Source: Planctomycetota bacterium (GTDB lineage Bacteria; Planctomycetota; UBA8108; SXIK01). From it: 64,000 nt of DNA. The notes beneath the pieces were generated by a model. The model searched no databases, had not been told where the DNA came from, and saw only the letters and a list, made by a program, of their open reading frames with translations. This document shows, piece after piece, positions 58,152 to 64,000 of this stretch (position 1 is the first letter of the stretch; the number at the start of each line of letters is the position of its first letter). Position numbers and translations under genes: made by a program. The DNA lies in NCBI GenBank assembly GCA_965223845.1, contig CBDCXR010000004.1, positions 4,832,001 through 4,896,000 on the forward strand, written 5' to 3'.

Positions 58152-59783
58152 GTGTCCGCCATCGACTGGCTCATCGTCGCCGCCGTCAACCTTCTCGTCA
58201 TCGGCTACGGGTGGTATCTCGCACGCGGCACGCGGACGAGCAGCGAGTGGTTTCTCGCACGGCGGGCGCTCCCGTGGTGGGCGGTCGGGATGTCGATGTT
58301 CGCCACGAACCTCGACAACGCCGACCTCGTCTCGATCGCTGGGCTCACCTACGACGAAGGCCTGCACGTCCTCACCGTGCACACCGTCGGGAGTGTCGTC
58401 GGCGGTGTGCTCGCAGCGTTCCTTCTCGTGCCGGCGATCCACCGGCTTCGCGTGTACACGAACGCGGAGTACCTCGAGGCCCGCTTCGGCGTGTCGGTGC
58501 GCGTCCTCAGCGCGCTCATTCAGATCCAGTACCGATCGAGCATGCTCGGGCTCATGACCTGGTCGGTGTACATCCTTCTCACGAGCCCGCTCGTGGGACT
58601 CGAGAGCAGCGCCGCTTGGAGCGTCCTCGTCGCCATGGTCATCCTTGCGGCGGTCTATACGGCGTGGGGTGGACTGAGGTCGGTTGTCGGCACCGACGCA
58701 CTTCAAGCCGTCGTCCTATTCGCGGCGGCGAGCGTCATCGTCGCCGCGGTGTGGAACGCCGCCGGCGGTTGGGGCGAAATGACCGCGAGTCTCGCCCTGA
58801 TCGATGCAGAGCATCTCCCCCGCGTCAGCGGGTATCGAGGCGACGAAGGGACGACGTCGCCGCTGCTCGTCGCTTTCGGGTGGATCGTGATCGGCGGCGG
58901 ATACTGGACCGTGAACCATACGCAGACGATGCGCCTCGCCGGTTGCCGATCGCTCTGGGACATGAAGATGGCCGCGCTCTTCGGAGTCGCCCTCAGCATG
59001 CCCGTCGTGATCGGCTGCGCGGCGCTCGGCCTCTTCGGTCGCGCGCTCTTTCCCGAGTTCGACAAGCCCGACGATATCTACCCGCACCTCGCGTCGCTGT
59101 ACCTGGGTCCCGGGCTCACCGGAATCGTCGTCGCCGGCATGATCGCGGCTGCCGTGAGCACGTTCGATTCGATGGGTTCGGCGCTCTCCGCCGTGTTTAC
59201 CCGCGATGTGTACGCGCGTCTCTTCGTGCGCGACCGGAGCGACACCCACTACGTGTTCGTGGGTCGCTGCGCCACGATCGGCATCCTCGCGCTCGGCTTC
59301 CTCTATCTGCCGTTCATCATGGCGAAGGAGAAGATGCTCGACGCATACCTGACTCTCATTCCCGTGTTCGTGACGCCACTCTTCGGTCTCTACCTGGCGG
59401 GCATGTTCACGAAGGCACACCGACGAAGCGGCCTCCCGGGGCTCGTCGCCGGTTCGGTCTACGGCGTCGTCGCCCTGTGGGACCGCGAAGTCGCCAATCT
59501 CGCATTTCTCCCGGATTGGTTCACCGAACGCTGGGCGGCGTTCGCGTGGTCTCTCTTCTTCACCGGGATCGCGATGGCGGCCGCCACGATCCTCGCGAAG
59601 AGCGCGCCCGAGGACGCTTCCGCGCCGTCTGCGAGTGAGTGGCTCGCCCGGAGCCGCCGCGACATGGCTCCGCCGCGCGAGCACCCGTTCCGCGACGCCG
59701 TCCCCCTCCTTCTGCAGCCGTGGATCTGGGCGACGATTCTCGTCCTCGTCGCGTCCTCCCTCGTCTTCGTCCTCCTCTGGTGA
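58152..59783 (+). CDS. Sodium:solute symporter family protein
   Basis: FLARRALPWWAVGMSMFATN, EYLEARFG, GGLRSVVGTDALQ, AAAVSTFDS. Confidence 0.9.
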   Translation: MSAIDWLIVAAVNLLVIGYGWYLARGTRTSSEWFLARRALPWWAVGMSMFATNLDNADLVSIAGLTYDEGLHVLTVHTVGSVVGGVLAAFLLVPAIHRLRVYTNAEYLEARFGVSVRVLSALIQIQYRSSMLGLMTWSVYILLTSPLVGLESSAAWSVLVAMVILAAVYTAWGGLRSVVGTDALQAVVLFAAASVIVAAVWNAAGGWGEMTASLALIDAEHLPRVSGYRGDEGTTSPLLVAFGWIVIGGGYWTVNHTQTMRLAGCRSLWDMKMAALFGVALSMPVVIGCAALGLFGRALFPEFDKPDDIYPHLASLYLGPGLTGIVVAGMIAAAVSTFDSMGSALSAVFTRDVYARLFVRDRSDTHYVFVGRCATIGILALGFLYLPFIMAKEKMLDAYLTLIPVFVTPLFGLYLAGMFTKAHRRSGLPGLVAGSVYGVVALWDREVANLAFLPDWFTERWAAFAWSLFFTGIAMAAATILAKSAPEDASAPSASEWLARSRRDMAPPREHPFRDAVPLLLQPWIWATILVLVASSLVFVLLW

Positions 59784-59844
59784 TCGGTGCGCGAGCCCGA
59801 GTTCGCATTCGAGTTGACTTCCCCCTCCACGAAAGGACCGCCCC

Positions 59845-60717
59845 ATGACCTCCCGCGCCGCGACGGAATACCGCTACGAGAAACTCACCTGGCCGGAGAT
59901 CGGTGATGCCGTCGAGCTCGGCAAGGTCTGCATCGTCCCCTGCGGCGCCGTCGAACAGCACGGACCGCACTTGCCGCTCGACGTCGACATCGTCTGTTCG
60001 ACGGAGGTCGCCCTCGGAGCTGCGCGACGCGTGCCGGAGCGAGCGCTAGTCCTCCCGAGCGTCCAGTACGGTTACACCGGTCACGTCATGGACTTCCCGG
60101 GGACGATCAACAACCACTTCGAGCACTTCATTCACCACGTGCTCGACATCACGAAATCACTCGCCTACCACGGTTTCAAAAAGATCGTGCTCCTCAACGG
60201 TCACGGATCGAACATGCCGAATCTCGATCTCGTGGCTCGCCGGACGAATCTCGAAACCGACGCGGAGTGCGTGCTCGCGGCGTGGTGGAATCTCCTCACC
60301 GTCGACCCCGAGTTCCTCCCGCGCTGGCGCGAGAGCAAGTTTCCGGGCGGCTGCGCGCACGCGTGTGAGCTCGAGACGTCGATGTATCTTCACCTCGATC
60401 CCGAAAATGTGCGGAAGGACAAGATCGAGAGCGGAACGATCTCGTTCAACGAAGAGGAGAGCCCGTTCAGCTACGTCGATCTCTTCGCCCAGGGACCGGC
60501 GACCGTGATCTCGTGGACGAGCAGCTACTCGGAGACCGGCGTCCTCGGCGACGCCGAGCTCGCGACGGCCGAGAAGGGAAAGGAAGCCTACGAGGAGGCC
60601 GTCGCGCAGCTCGCGCGGTTCGTCGAATGGTTTCACGGGCGTCCGAAGGACGAGCGACGCGACCGGCATCGCGGGGCCCCCACGATGCCGATCCCTTGGG
60701 GACAGCGTCCGGTGTAG
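59845..60717 (+). CDS. Creatininase / creatinine amidohydrolase family protein
   Basis: GAVEQHGPHLPLDVD, FPGT, NGHGSN, HACELETS. Confidence 0.92.
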   Translation: MTSRAATEYRYEKLTWPEIGDAVELGKVCIVPCGAVEQHGPHLPLDVDIVCSTEVALGAARRVPERALVLPSVQYGYTGHVMDFPGTINNHFEHFIHHVLDITKSLAYHGFKKIVLLNGHGSNMPNLDLVARRTNLETDAECVLAAWWNLLTVDPEFLPRWRESKFPGGCAHACELETSMYLHLDPENVRKDKIESGTISFNEEESPFSYVDLFAQGPATVISWTSSYSETGVLGDAELATAEKGKEAYEEAVAQLARFVEWFHGRPKDERRDRHRGAPTMPIPWGQRPV

Positions 60718-60723
60718 CGGGCC

Positions 60724-61428
60724 TCAGCGCTCGATCGGGACCCGGCAGGCGAGGGGCGGCGTCTGCCCCGTGCGAAACCGCGGCGCTTCCGCCCGCCGTT
60801 TCTCGAGCACGTTCGCAGCGAGGAGATGATCGAGATACCAGCCGGCGAAGGTCTCGTTCGCCGCCTGAATCAAGGAGCCGTCCTTGGTCCGAGTGATCCT
60901 CCAGCGGCTACTCGGCTGAGGGTTCGCGTGGAGCGCGAGACTCCAGGCGGTGCGCGCTTCGCCTTCCTCCTCGGGGACGAACTCGGTCAAGTAGTCGAGA
61001 TACCAGTTTCGGTACCGGGTCGACTTCGCCTGAATGTACGAACCGCCCTCTGCCGACGGGACGATTCGCCAGTAGCAGTCTTCTCCCCTGGTCCGTCGCA
61101 GGTAGAGATTCCTCACGTACGGCGGCTGCTTCCCCGAAACGAAGCCCCACGACATCTGCTCGACCGGAATCGCGTCGAACGAGAGGATCGACTCATCGGC
61201 GGCGAGGTACCACCCGGCGAAGCGCCCGTTGCGCACTCGGATGAGCGAATTCTCCGGCGGACCGGTGATCCGCCACACCGATTCGGGACGCGACGCCTCG
61301 CGGAGGATCACGTTCTCGGAGAAGATGACCCGCGCGTGCTCGGTGTAATAGAGGAACCCCGCCCAGGCCGCGAGGCCGACCGCGGCGAGGCCGATCACCG
61401 AAAGCGACATCGCTCGTCGGAGTCTCAT
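60724..61428 (-). CDS. Membrane-anchored protein with three internal repeats (possible beta-trefoil)
   Basis: GGAGGT before ATG 61428; N-terminal TM helix; 3x WRI..S(L/Y)I..WYL. Confidence 0.7.
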   Translation of the reverse strand: MRLRRAMSLSVIGLAAVGLAAWAGFLYYTEHARVIFSENVILREASRPESVWRITGPPENSLIRVRNGRFAGWYLAADESILSFDAIPVEQMSWGFVSGKQPPYVRNLYLRRTRGEDCYWRIVPSAEGGSYIQAKSTRYRNWYLDYLTEFVPEEEGEARTAWSLALHANPQPSSRWRITRTKDGSLIQAANETFAGWYLDHLLAANVLEKRRAEAPRFRTGQTPPLACRVPIER

Positions 61429-61887
61429 AGACACCTCCATCTCGAACAGAAGCTGCGAGGATCGAACCCCACTAGCCGCCACGCCGAAACGCTGCGGGGA
61501 CGGCCCGAGGCTCGGCGAAAAGGGCTCATCGCCCTTGGCCACAGCCCCTAGACGTCCGCTCGCGACGGGTTCTTAGGCTAAATTCGGGGCTCGGACGCGG
61601 TGGGCTCGTCCAGGTTAAGGGTCGCGAATCGCATAGACCACTCCGGAACCGGAGAGCGCGTAGTCGCCTTCCCTCGACCGGAGTAGTTTGCGCACGACAC
61701 GACCATCCTTCGTGTCTAGGCAGTAGGCCGCTCTCGATCTCTTGGTGAAGAGTCGAGCACTGCACGGGTGCACGCTCGCGCCGCCGAGATCGCCCAGCGG
61801 AACGATAGCGGACTCGACCGCTCACGCGCGACCATCGAGCCCGGCAATCCGCCATCGTAGTGCCGGTTACCGGGCTCGACTCGACGC

Positions 61888-62598
61888 TTACTCGTTGCCG
61901 TCCTCGTCCTTCTTCTTGTTCTTTTTGTTCTTCTTGTTTTTCTTCTCGCCCGGCTTCTTCTCGCCCTTCCCAGCGGCCTTCTTGCCGCCGCCCTTCGCGC
62001 GCGTGTAGACGAACTCCATCACCTTCCGTTCGCTGCCGTCGGCAGAGACCTCGAACATCCGCATGGTGTGCGTTTTCCGCGACGTCAACTCGAGAGTCGC
62101 CTTCGTCTTCACGACGCCGTTCTTCATTTGATCGAAATGCTGACCGACGAACGTGATGACGTTTCCGCTGTCGTCGGACGTGCCCTCGCTTCGCGTAAGG
62201 TAGGTCGACATCGAATCCGCCCACGTGTAAACGTACTTCTTGAGACCCTTGTCGTATCCCTGCACGCCGATTCCGGTGAATTTCATCCCCATGATTTCGC
62301 TCGAGTACTGCTCGCGGAAGAATCTTCCGCCGAGGATTGGACGGATGACGGAAGTCGCCTGCGTCTTCATGGGGGGCGCACCGGGCGCCATATAGAACAT
62401 CCCTGCGACGTTCCACCGACCGACGCGCATTTTGAGCTTCGCGTGCTCGGGGCCGGGCTTCGTCTGCTCGAGATAGGCGGCGAACGCAGCCGCCCCGGGA
62501 TCCGCGTTCTCCTTCTCGTCTTGTGCATGGGCGAATGTACCCATCGCAACCGTCAGGCCGGCGAGACAGAGGGCTCGCATCGTGTAGAGCTTGAACAT
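61888..62598 (-). CDS. DUF1579 family secreted protein with Lys-rich tail
   Basis: GGAGGA before ATG 62598; PGPEHAKL..VGRW, GGRF, FTGIGVQGYD..YVYTWADSMST. Confidence 0.85.
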   Translation of the reverse strand: MFKLYTMRALCLAGLTVAMGTFAHAQDEKENADPGAAAFAAYLEQTKPGPEHAKLKMRVGRWNVAGMFYMAPGAPPMKTQATSVIRPILGGRFFREQYSSEIMGMKFTGIGVQGYDKGLKKYVYTWADSMSTYLTRSEGTSDDSGNVITFVGQHFDQMKNGVVKTKATLELTSRKTHTMRMFEVSADGSERKVMEFVYTRAKGGGKKAAGKGEKKPGEKKNKKNKKNKKKDEDGNE

Positions 62599-62699
62599 GG
62601 GTTCCTCCAGTGGTTGTGAACTGACCAGATCGGACATTGTCCGTCGGTATCGGGGTAGACAACAATCAGATTGGACTGGATTGTCGATCGACTCGCCGC

Positions 62700-64000
62700 T
62701 CAGCGCGCCGGCCGCGGTGTTCGCGGAAGCGTCTGCGGCACGCGGCGCCTCGCCTTGACCGGGATCTGCTGGATGCCCTCGGGCGGAGTGCTGGCCTCGG
62801 CGATTCGTTCGCGAAGCAGTTGGGCGAGACTTCTCGCCGTCGCGGCATAGGCCGAATGATCGGCGAGGTTCTTCGTCTCCCCGGGATCGCGCGAGTGGTC
62901 GTAGAGCTCGACGCCATCGGCGCCCGCCTTCCCCCACTCGGTGTAGCGATACCGCGGTGTGCGCACACTGTAACCGGTAGCGTACTGACTGAACGCAGAG
63001 CCGCGGAGCCGAACCGATGGGTCGCGCAGCGCCGGCGAAAGGCTGAGGCCGGGGAGAATCTCCGGTGCGTCTAGCCCACAGAGCTCGGCGAGAGTTGGGT
63101 AGAGATCGACCATCTCGACCGGTGCATCCGAGCTGGCTCCGGCGGCCGGGACGCCGGGGCCCGCGATGATGAGCGGCACGCGCGTCGCGTTCTCGAACAG
63201 CGTCGTCTTTTGATAGTGACCGTGCTCTCCCATGTGATAGCCGTGATCGGAAGTGAAGACGACGATCGTCGTCTCGGCGAGACCCGTTCTCTCGAGCGCG
63301 TCGAGTATGCGTCCGAGCTGTGCGTCGGCAAACGTGATCGACGCGTAGTAGGCCTGAATCGCCTTTCGGGCGACGTCGGCGGCGAGATCGACTTGCTCGC
63401 GCTTCCGGGTCAAGGCGCGCTGTGCCGGCTCGGGGAGCGTCTCTCGGTAGCCCGCCGGCACCTTCGGGACGGCGATGGTTTCGAGCGGGTACATGTCGAA
63501 GTACTTTTTCGGTGCGACATACGGAGTGTGCGGCCGGTAGAGACCGACGGCGAGAAAGAACGGAATCTTCTCGCGGGCGTATTCTTCGAGCAGTCGAACG
63601 GCGTCGGACGCCGCAATGCCGTCGGTCTGCTCGGAGTCGGTCCCCTCCGCGGCGAGCCAGCTCAGAGTGCCGCCGAAGCTGCCGGGCCTCAGGCTGAAGA
63701 TCAGGTCCTCATCGTCCTTGTCTCGGCCGCGCGGATTGATCGTATAGTCCCACGAGAAAGGATCGTCGTGTCCGCTCGTCCCGATGTGACGCGGGACGCC
63801 GTAGTGATAGAGCTTTCCGATGCGCGTAGCAAAATAGCCCTGCCGCCGGAACATCTGCGGGAGCGTCTGAACGTTCGGAACACGTTCGCGGACGTAGACA
63901 CCGTTTCGGTGGACGAGTGTCTGGTCCGGATAGAGTCCGGTGAGAAACGACGCACGACTCGGTCCGCAGAGCGGATATTGGCAATGGGCGTTTGCGAAGC
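62700..64000 (-). CDS. Sulfatase (iduronate-2-sulfatase/choline-sulfatase-like), 5'-partial
   Basis: Frame open to the window end: CQYPLCGPSRASFLTG; GKLYH, YRPHTP, TSDHGYHMGEHG. Confidence 0.9.
   Translation of the reverse strand, partial: FANAHCQYPLCGPSRASFLTGLYPDQTLVHRNGVYVRERVPNVQTLPQMFRRQGYFATRIGKLYHYGVPRHIGTSGHDDPFSWDYTINPRGRDKDDEDLIFSLRPGSFGGTLSWLAAEGTDSEQTDGIAASDAVRLLEEYAREKIPFFLAVGLYRPHTPYVAPKKYFDMYPLETIAVPKVPAGYRETLPEPAQRALTRKREQVDLAADVARKAIQAYYASITFADAQLGRILDALERTGLAETTIVVFTSDHGYHMGEHGHYQKTTLFENATRVPLIIAGPGVPAAGASSDAPVEMVDLYPTLAELCGLDAPEILPGLSLSPALRDPSVRLRGSAFSQYATGYSVRTPRYRYTEWGKAGADGVELYDHSRDPGETKNLADHSAYAATARSLAQLLRERIAEASTPPEGIQQIPVKARRRVPQTLPRTPRPAR

Noticed and set aside
1-64000. 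CRISPR array, cas genes, rRNA or tRNA
   Set aside because: No regularly spaced 23-47-bp repeats or cas motifs seen; GGGTTCGA-like words (e.g. about 54702) lack a cloverleaf context. Visual scan only.

Overview
High-GC bacterial window whose gene content points to Planctomycetota (three DUF1549/DUF1553-DUF1501 pairs, PQQ-propeller proteins, a PVC-type heme CxxCH protein, sulfatases, a dockerin-like protein). About 38 plausible CDSs, mostly secreted, envelope, transport or regulatory; I recognised no rRNA, tRNA or CRISPR array. The most unusual feature is at 48.8-52.7 kb: an 895-bp near-identical direct duplication (two differences seen) of the 5' part of the PVC heme protein gene. The two copies have equally long but diverged signal peptides and bracket a ~2-kb segment holding a low-GC stand-alone DeoR-type sensor-domain gene plus a promoter-driven run of tiny ORFs. 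Other notable items: an HUH (RAYT-like) transposase whose Shine-Dalgarno is folded into a hairpin, a 178-bp fold-back element with 37-bp arms, a tandem palindromic operator before a BlaI/M56 pair, and a membrane-anchored ECF sigma factor next to a Prc protease. All family calls come from motifs recognised by eye; no database searches were run.
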